Assembly (NCBI GenBank): GCA_052426225.1
Contig: JBNJNM010000006.1
Coordinates: forward strand, 1,922,001-1,986,000
Length of the DNA stretch: 64,000 nucleotides
Direction of reading: 5' to 3'
Origin: Zancudomyces culisetae HAW-14-8
Taxonomy: Eukaryota > Fungi > Kickxellomycota
Shown piece by piece: positions 1-10,589 of this stretch (the stretch's first letter is position 1; each line of letters begins with the position of its first letter). Below the pieces are notes generated by a model that was not told the DNA's origin, searched no databases, and saw only the letters and a program-made list of their open reading frames with translations. Both the position numbers and the translations under genes were made by a program.

Positions 1-990
1 TTTAGCCGCTCTTAAAAGGTCAAAAACGACTTTTAAATCTTTTAAGTGAGTTTCTATACTATCCGAAAAAACTACTATGTCATCGATAAAAACTACAACT
101 GATTTCCACAAGACGGATCCTAGTACCTTTTCCATAAGCCTCTGAAAAGTTGCGGGACTATTAGATAATCCGAAGGGCATCACGTTGTAGCAAAATAATC
201 CCTCACCTGGAAAAGAGAATGCAGTTTTATGTTTATCGGCTTCCTTGATACGGACTTGCCAGAATCCTGACAATGCATCTAATACGCTGTAGATAGTGGA
301 TCCTGCTAGAGCTTCAAAAATGTCTTCTATTACCGGTAGTGGGTAATGGTCCTTTTGGGTCACAGCGTTCAATCTTCTGTAGTCTGAACAGATTCTGATA
401 CCTCCGTTCTTTTTCCAAACGGTCACAACTGGTGCACACCAGTCTGACTTGCATGCCTCAATGACTCCGGCCGTTTCCATGCGTGATAACTCTTCCCTGA
501 CTAGCTGCTTCATTGCTTGCGGTACACGATAGGGTCTCAACTTGATCGGAGCGTTGTTTCCTGTTTCGATCTCATGTTCAATTACATCAGTAAATTCCAA
601 TTCTGTTAGGTCATTCGCCAATATATCCTTATTGTCTTCAAGTAGTTCTGAAATCCTAGAATCTGTTACGAGATCTGCACCAGCGTTCTCTACTCTGCAT
701 ACCTCCTTGGCTATACTTATCATAACTTCATTCCTCAGCTTATCCTTATCTTTACTTAGTTCGAGTGGGACAACGAGGGAATCCTCGTGGACTGGCAGTA
801 TAAGCTCCAAGGTGTTCAAGTCAATTACTGCCGCATGCGTTTTAAGCCAATCTGTACCTAATACCAGTGACTCATTTTTCCCTTCCATTTGTAGTAAGTT
901 TGCGTCAAATCTTATCCCTTTAACTTCCACGGGTACATCTGAGATTTTGTTGGATACATAATGGTGTTTGCCATCAGCTGTTAGTATTAC
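1..990 (-). mobile_element. Ty3/gypsy element A pol fragment (C-terminal half of aspartic protease plus reverse transcriptase); runs off the window edge and is cut at 991/992 by element B
   Basis: Manual minus-strand translation reads VILTADG...LVLGTDWL (protease C-terminus), then CAPVVTVWKKNGGIRICSDYRRLNAVTQKDHYPLP...LDALSGFWQV...MPFGLSNSPATFQRLM...VFIDDIVVFS (RT core). Absent from the ORF track because no stop falls in the window. Confidence 0.92.
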
Positions 991-991
991 C

Positions 992-1478
992 TGTTAGATA
1001 CCAATATTATACACTATAATATTGATATTAACTAATTAACACACAGTTAATTTATAAAAGTTATTATTAATTATACTAGTTTAAAACACACAGTAATAAT
1101 ATAATATTAGTTAATAATATCTTTATTATTGTTAAACGAGATTGACAAACTTAATTGTTCATGAAAGGGATTAGTATTACCTTTTATACAATTAAGTTTG
1201 TACTAAAACTTTAATGTAAACTAAAACTATTAATATAACTAACATTAATAAACAAATAAACTAATATCATTAATATACACAATATTAATGATGATACATT
1301 ATATATTGATCATGTGTATCAATATTAATGTTTTAAACTAATTATTAAGTAATAATTAAATAATATAAACTAATAATTAATTAATATTAATGATACACAT
1401 TTAATATCATTAATATTAATTAATACCATATTGTATTTTAATATACAATATTGTTATGATACATGTGTATTCATAACA
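992..1478 (-). mobile_element. 3' LTR of chromovirus element B (487 bp)
   Basis: TGTTA...TAACA termini; adjoins the polypurine tract and lies about 35 bp after the pol stop; its distal end breaks the element A reading frame. Confidence 0.85.
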
Positions 1479-1490
1479 CTACCCCCCCTC
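1479..1490 (-). promoter_or_regulatory. Polypurine tract (plus-strand priming site) of element B
   Basis: Minus strand reads GAGGGGGGGTAG directly before the LTR TG. Confidence 0.85.
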
Positions 1491-1514
1491 TTAAGGTTAC
1501 TTACTAAGTGTGTA

Positions 1515-4500
1515 TTAATCTGACTCGCGTTCGTTTTCGATCTTACTGAGCCAAAATTCTTGTATTTTTTCGTGAGCGTTAACATCCTGTTCACGCTCCC
1601 AACTTCTTTCTTCTGGTCCATATCCTTCGTAATCAATGTAATAATATGTGGTACCATCAATTTCTTTTGTATCCAAAATTTTGTTCACAACATACTCAAT
1701 TTCATTATTGATGATTACTGGTGATGGTGGTCTGATGTTTGGTCGTATCACTAATTCTGATGTGTGATATTTTTCTAGTAATGATACATGAAATACTGGA
1801 TGTATCTTCATGTTTGGTGGTAATTGTAATTTGAATGTAGCATCATTAATCTTGCTTATAATTTTGTATGGACCAATCTTTTTGTTATCCAATTTGTTGG
1901 AGGGTCTGACAGTTTGTATATTTTTTCGTATTAGCCATACTTTATCACCTATTTTGAACTTTGGATGTTGTTTTCGCTTCCTATCAGCAAACTTTTTTCC
2001 AGTTTTAATAGCATTTTGTAGTTCTTTTTTGATGTCGTCGTGATGTTTTTCCAGTTCTATAACACGGTTTTCAGCACTTGGTATTAACTCTATTGATGGT
2101 ATTTGCGGAGTAAATGAAGTATCAAAACCATATAATGCTTTAAATGGTGACATCTTTATTGCACTGTGATAAGCATTATTGTATGAATATTCAGCTAATG
2201 GAAGTAATTTGCACCAGTTATCTTGCATATAATCACTGTAACACCTCAAATATTGCTCCAATGTTTGATTAGTACGCTCAGTTTGACCATTAGTTTCAGG
2301 GTGATAAGCACTAGAAAGTTTTATTTTTACGTTTAAAAGTTCGTAAAAACGCTTCCAAAACTTGCTTATAAACTGAGATCCTCTATCAGAAATGATCTCA
2401 TCAGGTGTACCATGTAGTTTAAACACGTTTTTAATGTATGCAGTAACAGTTTCGGGTGAAGTCGGTAGCTTTTTAAATGGTATAAAGTGAGCCATTTTAG
2501 TATATCTATCAACAATAACCATTATTGTTGTATACCCATTTGACTTTGGTAAATCTGTAATGAAGTCCATAGTTATAGATTTCCATGGTCCAGATGCTAT
2601 AGGTAACGGTTGAAGTAATCCATACTGTTTATGTCTATTACTTTTATTTTTTTGACATACATCACACGTATTTATGTATTCTTTTACATATTTCATTTTT
2701 TGTTTTATAAAATAGTTTCGATCCAAATTTTTTATTGTTTTTTGTATCCCATAATGTCCAGCTGCACCTGAATCATGAACTTCTTGAAGTAATTGCATCC
2801 TTAGTACATCAGGTACATATATTTTTTCATTAATATAGATTAATCCATTTCTTTTTATAATGATATCAGTATCTTTTAGTTGTTGTTTTAAATCATTTTT
2901 ATCAATATTATTCTGCTCAATATATGTTTTAATGTTGTTTAAAAGTTCAGATTGTGGTATTATAATTGCATTAATAAAGTGTTTTCCCTCAATAATATTG
3001 TGATTTAAAACTTTTGAATCATCACTATTACTATATCTTGAAAGTGCATCAGGTTTACCACTTTGTTTTCCTGGTCTGTAGGTGATGTCAAAGTCATATT
3101 CATATAGTAATAAAGACCATCTTGCATGTCTTCTGTTCAATATTTTTGCATTTTTAAATGATTCTAAATTCTTATGATCAGTATAAATGATGAATTTTTG
3201 TGATGCTCCTTGCAGGTAATGTCGCCATTCTTTAATTGCATTTATGATTGCTAACAGTTCTTTGTCATATATATCATAATTTATTTCAGCTTTATCCAGT
3301 TTATGAGAGTAATATGCACATGGAGCGAGCATCCCATCATCATTATATTGTGATAAAATAGCTCCAATAGCATAATCTGAAGCATCAGTCTCAACTATAA
3401 ATTGTTTTTCAGGGTTTGGATATTGTAATATTGGTGTAGATGTCAACATATTTTTTATTGTATCAAATGCATTTTGCTCTTTGGATGTCCATTCCCACTT
3501 TTTATCCTTTTTTAGCAATTCTGTAAGTGGTCTTGTAACCTTGGAAAATCCTTCAATAAACTTCCTGTAATAATTTGCGAAGCCCATAAACACTTGTATA
3601 TCTTTTGGTTTTGTTGGTGTATCCCACTCATGCACACATTTAGTCTTTTCTGGATCAGATGATATGCCTTTATCACTAATAATATGACCTAAAAATGTCA
3701 CTTTTTTGACGTCAAACTCGCATTTTTCGAGTTTACAATACAGTTTATGCTTCCGTAACTTGCTTAAAACATTTTTAACATGCTCCGTATGTTGATGTAT
3801 ATCAGGTGAAAAGATTAGTATATCATCTAGGTATGATATTGCGTAAACATCCAATATATCTCTTAGTACATCATTAATAAAATGTTGAAAAGTTGCAGGT
3901 GCATTAGTCAATCCAAATGGCATAACTTGATACTCGTAATGTCCATATCTGCATCTAAAAGCGGTTTTAGGTTCATCGCCTTTTTTTATTCTGACCAAGT
4001 TATATGCACTACGAAGATCTAATTTTGTAAATATTCGTGCATCCTTTAATCTATCAAACACCTCATCAATTCTAGGCAACGGATACCTGTTTTTAATAGT
4101 GTTTTCATTCAGTTTTCTGTAATCTACACACAGTCTTAACTCGCCAGATTTCTTTTTTACAAACATTATAGGCGCACCATAAGGTGATTTTGAATGCCTT
4201 ATAAATTTGTTTGCAAGATTCTTGTCGATGTACGACTTTAATTCAGTGAGTTCAGTTTGCGATAGTGGGTATATTGGCCCCCAAAACGGTTTAGAATCTT
4301 CTTTTAAATCGATTCTACAGTCATATTCGCGATGATTTGGCAATATTTCAGCCATTTTTTCATCAAAGACGTCAGTAAATTCAATATATTTTGTAGGTAT
4401 AACAGTAGTAGTAGGAATAGTTACAAATTTGTAAACATTTGAAACAGTTTTGATGTCAGTATCATACTTGAAAAGTATTTTTTTTTCCATTTTTTCATCA

Positions 4501-6323
4501 ATATTTTCATTAATATTTTGTATATTTTCAGTTGAAAAATCATCAATATCCATTGAATTTGTATCATTTTGTATTTTAAAACAATTATCCAAGTTATCTA
4601 GAGTTGTTGCTGTAGTATTAGATGTCATAGGAGTAACTTGATTAGCAGATGGAATAACTATAGGGGTTCTTTTTTTGATATTTTTAACTTTTATAGGCTT
4701 AAAAGTAGGTGTTGATATTGGGTATAACTCTGCATCAAGGTCAAGATTTTTAGTAGTTGTAGTTTCAGTAGTTGGTGTAAATGTATTACTATCAACTTGG
4801 GTAGTTTGAGGTTCAATGGATGTTTCCTTTGTATTTTTTAAATCAACTTTAGTTAATATTTTTTCAATATTTTCTGTATTATTTGTATTTTTTCTTAAAT
4901 TTTTTGTATTTATTCTTTGATAAATATCAGTTGTAATACTTTCAGGTGTGTCACTATTTGTGTTTGAGTTTATGTCTGATGTATTTTCAGCAGCACATGC
5001 TGGTTTGGTAGTGTTATCTTCAATATTTTCATTCATTTTTCCATTTTTAAACTCATTATTATCACTTTTTCCATGAAAAATGATACTTTGATTCTTTTTT
5101 GTAATGTCAATTATTTTTTGTTCTTCATCTTCGCTATCGGATAAAATATATTTTTCTTGTATCTCTTTTATGTTTTGCAAATACATTTGTTGTACGAGCT
5201 TGTTCAACTCACTAGAAGTCATGTTTTCATCAAATTCAATGTCATATTTGTTGAATTTTTTAGCATTTTTAGTTGTATTTTCTTCAATATTTACTTGTTT
5301 TTGTGCATTAATATCCGAATTATTAGTATGTAGTGGACTAAACATGTCATGATCTAGTAAGTATCCATAATTACTATAATCATCTGTTTGTACGGCTTCA
5401 GAGACCTTGTTTTTCTCACGTGATACTTTTTTCTTTACTATATTTTTCATCTTATTTTTTGTTTTTGCACCCGTTTGTGCTACGTTTTTTCCTGATGTAA
5501 ACAAGTATGATTTGATTTTAGACATAATAGTGTTAGAATGTTCAATATCAGATTCTGAAGTGTTGTTTTGTCCAAAATATCTGCTGTTATCATCACTTTT
5601 TTCACTATTTTGATCACTATTTTCACTTATTTGATCGTTATTTTCATCCTCGGATGATACTTCTGGTCGATATATAATATCTACAGGTCTCTTGTGGTGT
5701 ACACAATTGTTCAAACAGTAATTTGAATTAAATAAGATGTCGAAAGTATCCCAATTGATACTTGGATTGTGCTTTTTTAACCATGGCATGCCCAAAATCA
5801 CATGACCATGAACAGATTGAATTGGATGTAAGTTGATGTTTTCTGTGTGATCATTTCCAATTGAAACTTTGATATCATTGTATACATGATTAATACTAGT
5901 TGTACTAAGCATGTTACCGTCAATAGATTCAATACTGAATGGGATGTCAAGTGGTGAAGGTAATAATCTTAACTTTTTTGCGACATTAATGTCGATAAAG
6001 TTCTCAGAAGAACCACTATCAATGAGGCAGTCAACTTGAAATGGTTCTGTGATGTCATTAAAAATATTTACAGAAATAATTGGTCTGTTATATGATGATT
6101 TTGTGTTGTTTTTACTGCAAAACACGTTATCCATAACATGTTTTTTAACCATATTTTCATTTATTTTAAGATATTTTTTATCATTATTTTGTTGTTTAAT
6201 CATTGTATTGTTGCACTCAGCATACAGATGACCTTTTAAATCACACTTAAAACATTTTCTGTTGTTATATAAGTTAATGTTAAGACTTGAATATTTTAAG
6301 ATTAAGTTATTTATTACTATTAA
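1515..6323 (-). mobile_element. Chromovirus (Ty3/gypsy) polyprotein: CCHC knuckle-protease-spacer-RT-RNase H-integrase-chromodomain
   Basis: 1562-aa ORF with LIDSGS protease, YLDD RT, ETDASDYAIGA RNase H, HHCC and DFITDLP..SDRG..E integrase, GPY module and chromodomain EYVVNKIL..YEGYGPEERSWE. The frame stays open upstream of ATG 6203 to about 6323 and encodes CFKCDLKGHLYAEC (6213-6254). Confidence 0.95.
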
Positions 6324-6687
6324 TTATTTAGAAAAATATGGTATTCAATAGCGAATAAGATATTTTTCTCTGAAGTTCTCTTTCGATGAATTTCGAAAGG
6401 GTTTTTATACTTTTACTCCAGAGATTTTTCCATATAAAATTTTCTTAAGTAAAGTTGCTATCAAACTATAAATTTGACTATTAAACTTATGAGTAACTGA
6501 TGTGATTAACTACTGCGAGTTTAGTGTGTCAATGATTGCGTCATTCATGTTATTCTGACAATTCTTTGAATTATTAGTTTCGGAATTCTTTCTAGGTTTC
6601 TTATTTCCTAAAATGGTCTGTGAATATTATTATAACAAATTTCATCGCGAAATTCATTTTTTACTTGACTTGGTTAGATTAATTTAA

Positions 6688-6760
6688 TAATTTGTACTTA
6701 GTTACATTTAATTAATTTGTACTTAGTTACATTATAGTAATTTGTATATGGTTACAATTT
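6688..6760. repeat. Short tandem repeat (TAATTTGTACTTAGTTACATT x2 plus one degenerate copy) in the gag/pol junction region
   Basis: Directly visible direct repeats about 25 bp apart. Confidence 0.7.
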
Positions 6761-6815
6761 CATTTTGTAACCTACTTGATTTGGTCATGGAGAATTATAA
6801 TAAACATGAATTTAT

Positions 6816-7628
6816 TTAATTTATTTTAAAACAATTCCTAACATAGTTGTTAGTGTTATATCTGTTTTGGGGCCGATTCCTTTGGTTAGTAACTTCTAGT
6901 AGGCATGTTTTTAGATCATTAAACATGAATAAAAGTTCCTCATACTTTTTATCTCCTTCGTTTTTAACGGGCTCTGAACTTATTTGAGACTTAATTGTGG
7001 TGCATATTTTATTTAGTCTCTCGGTTTCCATAATGGAGGTAATTGCCTCTTTATATGTTTTGCACCTATCACTCAATATTCCTTTTTGTGCTTCCGGGTC
7101 CATGGCAGCAAAAAGTAGTTTAAACTTTATTGCATCATCTGAAATTTTAGCTGTATTAAAGAGCTTTTCAATTTTTGAGACTAGCTCTTCCACGTCTTCT
7201 TCGGGTGTCTTTTTAAGCAGCTGTAACTGGTTCCAGGCTATAAGTTCACCTTCAGGACCTTCAAACTGAAGTATGAACTTGTTTTTGATTTCACTCCAAG
7301 TGTTATCTTCGCTACACTCGCGTTCAAACCATAGTAGTGCACGACCTTCGAGGTATAATTCCATAAGATCTACCATATCTTTATCTTTCCAACCATTTCT
7401 TCTAGCACACAGTTCATATCTTCTAATCCATTTAGATGGATCCATATTGGAGTTTGTGCTGAAAATTTCTGGTTCAATCAATTTGTAATTAAGAATCATA
7501 GGATTACACATTGTTGGTGCAGTATTATCACTGGCCTGATTTTGTATGAGCCTCTGCTTTTCTTAGTGTGTTTCAACAGCCTTTTCTGCCACTGCTTTTG
7601 CGGACGACTTGATTGCTTTTTCTGACAT
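6816..7628 (-). mobile_element. Retrotransposon gag (capsid) of element A, with a premature stop and truncation at the zinc knuckle
   Basis: DPSKWIRRYE..NGW..YLEGRALLWF..WSEIKNKF capsid pattern; in-frame ATG at 7628 with TAA at 7563-7565; ORF ends RNCFKIN* at the first Cys of the expected knuckle. Confidence 0.85.
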
Positions 7629-7670
7629 CATTCTAATTTTTACTTATTTATTAAATAATACTATTTGTTA

Positions 7671-7688
7671 GCCTAGCTGGGAGCGCCA
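7671..7688 (-). promoter_or_regulatory. Primer binding site of element A
   Basis: Minus strand TGGCGCTCCCAGCTAGGC starts 4 nt after the LTR CA end and is complementary to a tRNA 3' end ...CUGGGAGCG-CCA. The isoacceptor is not determined. Confidence 0.8.
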
Positions 7689-7692
7689 AAAC

Positions 7693-8219
7693 TGTCGTAT
7701 AAAATTTACTATTGTTGCTATGTATACGATTTATTGTGAAATTTGAAGGTAAAGAACGAAACAGAGGAAATTAGCTTTGCTTATATCTAATTTCCGTTGT
7801 ACTAATAAATAAGTTTATACTAATAAATACTACTAAAAGTTAGGATAATAAGTAATTGTTAATTTTGCTCACAATAGGATGTTCGGTTGATCCTATTGTG
7901 AGAAGATTAACCGCCGATCCCGCGATTCTCTCTAGGAAAATCTTATTGTGTAAATTTTCCCGACACAACAACAACATGTTGTATGCTTAGTTCTATCCAA
8001 GCTAAACTATTGGATAAACAGCATACAGCTTCTCAAACACCGAATAACCACCGTTATCTCGGGTGTTCGAGCTAGTAATCTGGGATTACTAGGGTGAAAT
8101 TATCACCCAAAAAGTGAGTCAATATTAAGTTTTGATTATTTTATTTTAAGTTTCTATTATATAAAGTTCTAATAAAATAGCTAGTCAGGTACTAGTATAT
8201 TACTAGTAACCTCACCACA
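7693..8219 (-). mobile_element. 5' LTR of element A (about 527 bp)
   Basis: TGT...ACA termini (plus strand tgtcg...ccaca), adjacent to the PBS. The outer boundary is inferred from termini only because the partner LTR is outside the window. Confidence 0.72.
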
Positions 8220-8673
8220 AGTTTGGTGGTTTTATCTTTTTATTTTTAAAAGTTATTCATTAAATAAAATACAAATTAGCTCTAAAATACTTGATTTTAC
8301 TCTATAAAATTGAAATTTGTGATTTGAGCAAAAACCTACCTAAAACCAAAAAAAAACATAGGTAGTGAAGCGTAACACAATTTTCAAAGGGTATCAGAAA
8401 GGTATCAGAGTCTAATTTTTGGACCAAAATTAATTGTTTTGCACACCAAATTTTAGGAGTTGGGCGTAATTTTACCCAGTTTTATCGCATTTATTGAAGT
8501 AATAAATACATAAAACTAAATTAAATATAAGCTAAAAAGGTAGGGTTGACTGGTTAAATAAAGTAAAACTTATTCCAGTAATAATCCCCCTCTATTAGCA
8601 GAACTTTTTGTAGGTTTAGTTGCGGAAATTTCCTGAGAAATTTTGTGCAAACTAAAATTACAACAAACACAAC

Positions 8674-8746
8674 GCCTTCTTGGCTCAGTTGGCAGAGCGT
8701 CTGCCTAGTAAGCAGAAGGTCGTCGGTTCGATTCCGACAGAAGGCA
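8674..8746 (+). tRNA. tRNA-Thr(AGT)
   Basis: Acceptor stem GCCTTCT/AGAAGGC, A box TGGCTCAGTTGG, anticodon arm TCTGC-CTAGTAA-GCAGA, B box GGTTCGATTCC; 73 nt; T6 Pol III terminator just downstream. Confidence 0.97.
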
Positions 8747-9933
8747 CATTTTTTAAACATTTTTCATATATAATTTATATTTTTACACTATTTTTTCTTT
8801 ACTAAACATTATTAGTTTATATTATTTTTACAGAATCATCTATAATATTACAAAGTCGTTATTTCGATTTATCTCTCTTTCCAATAATTTTCATAATTTC
8901 ATTATTAATTATTACACTTTATCAACTAATTTAAAGATGTTAATGTTGAATTTTAACTCTAGTTTCAATATTAATAAGATTAAATTAATGTTCTTATTGT
9001 AATAATAGTAGATGTATTAAGTTATCTGATATATTTTTCAGCTAATGTGATGGCTGAGTTTGGTATTGCACTGATTGTGTCAGTTATACTCAGGTCTCGG
9101 ATCACTTAACTAGTTCTGTTTGCCGTAATATGAATGTTTTTAATAACTTTTATTATTGTTGTAATAATAATAAAACACAAAGTAAACTATCTCAATGTAG
9201 TGTTAATTTCAATTACTAAGTATGTAAAAAACGTATATGTAAAGTATATTCTCATAAGAAAGGCTCCCCCTGTTTATTTTCGTTGTCCACTTCGCTTTTA
9301 TTCACTGATCGTTCAGATGTTCACTTTACTATTATAAATATTTAGGTATAAAATAACTACAAGTTAATTGGTAGTTATATTATGCTAAGGAATCGCAATT
9401 GATTCGCTAGCAAAAAGTATGTAGCCGTTATGCTACAATATTTAACTTGATAATTTTTTATGAACTTTGTATAGCTCAGATCTTATGGATCTTAGTATCT
9501 AGTCTTATAATCCATTTTTGTGTTATCACCTTATGCTCAATTTATTTTAATTTACTTGTATATCTTATATTTACTATCGCTAAATGGTTAGATTTATTTC
9601 AGTTTGCATGTATTTCATGTTTTTAATACCTATTATTTATCTTTTAGAATTATTTCAATTTAATTGGTTATTAGGTGTATTTGTTTTAAAACATAATTTG
9701 CTATCAAAAAGTTATAAAACCTAATACTCCAAAATAGCATATTCGGTTTGGAAGTATTTTTGACCAATTAGTTTCTACGTCATTAATTTAATTGCCTTCA
9801 CTCATTTTTTTTAGACTATTTACCCCAATTAAACATATATTAATATTTTAACAATTATTTATAAACCATCCTGGTTTTTTATTTTTCTTTAATTTATGTT
9901 TTGTGAATTGAGCTTTATTCTTGAGATTCGAAA

Positions 9934-10419
9934 ATGACTCGTAAGTTATCTATAACTTTGTATAATGATATATACTTAACTTTTTGTTACTATACTAGGC
10001 GGAAATCAAAGAGATCTAGCAAGAGAAAAAAACAGAAAAAAACTAGAGAAACTGGCCAAGGGTCAGAAAAAGGATGATATAAGTTTGACCTCTAGAAAAG
10101 AAAGGTACTTTCTATACTTTTACTGCCATTTACTGTTCAATATTAACATTTTTTTTCTAATAGGGATGCAGAAATCATGAGGCAGAAGCAACTTGTAAGA
10201 TTTTTTTCCTATATTCTTTTGTAATTCATTTTAGTTTTTATCTCATTTTAATTGTCCAAGTACTATATGCTAATTATCTTTTATTGTTTATATTTTAGAA
10301 AAAGCAGCAAGAGGTAATCTAAATTTAATTTCAAATTTACTCTATATTCACCCAGATTTATTATACAATAGAAAGAGGCCGGCTCTGCTTCGAGTACTTC
10401 ACAATCCAAACCCAAATAA
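9934..10419 (+). CDS. SERF/4F5-family small EDRK-rich protein, 5 exons (9934-9940, 9999-10104, 10164-10194, 10299-10313, 10372-10419)
   Basis: Spliced product MTRGNQRDLAREKNRKK...RKERDAEIMRQKQ has both SERF signature motifs; all four introns are GT-AG. Confidence 0.92.
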
Positions 10420-10589
10420 ACCTTTTGTGATTTATTCACTGTTTTTCTCTTTGGGAAATGTTTATTTTTATCGTATTTTTAAAGTATCTTTTTTCATTTA
10501 TCTCTGAAAAATATTTTGTTAGGCTACCCTCACTTTATTTTGGTTTGATTTCTTTTGCTTATATTTGAATAAACCTGATTGTAGCCTAT

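Noticed and set aside
542-961. Plus-strand 139-aa ORF and other plus-strand ORFs across 1810-7488
   Set aside because: Antisense shadows of gag/pol frames.
6688-6760. Spaced direct repeats as a possible CRISPR-like array
   Set aside because: Only 2-3 units with 4-5 nt spacers, inside a eukaryotic retroelement.
8390-8412. Duplicated GGTATCAGA resembling an initiator-Met PBS (TGGTATCAGAGC)
   Set aside because: Lacks the TGG start and has no adjacent LTR end or gag; chance match or unprovable relic.
8554-8760. 68-aa minus-strand ORF
   Set aside because: Antisense to the tRNA gene.
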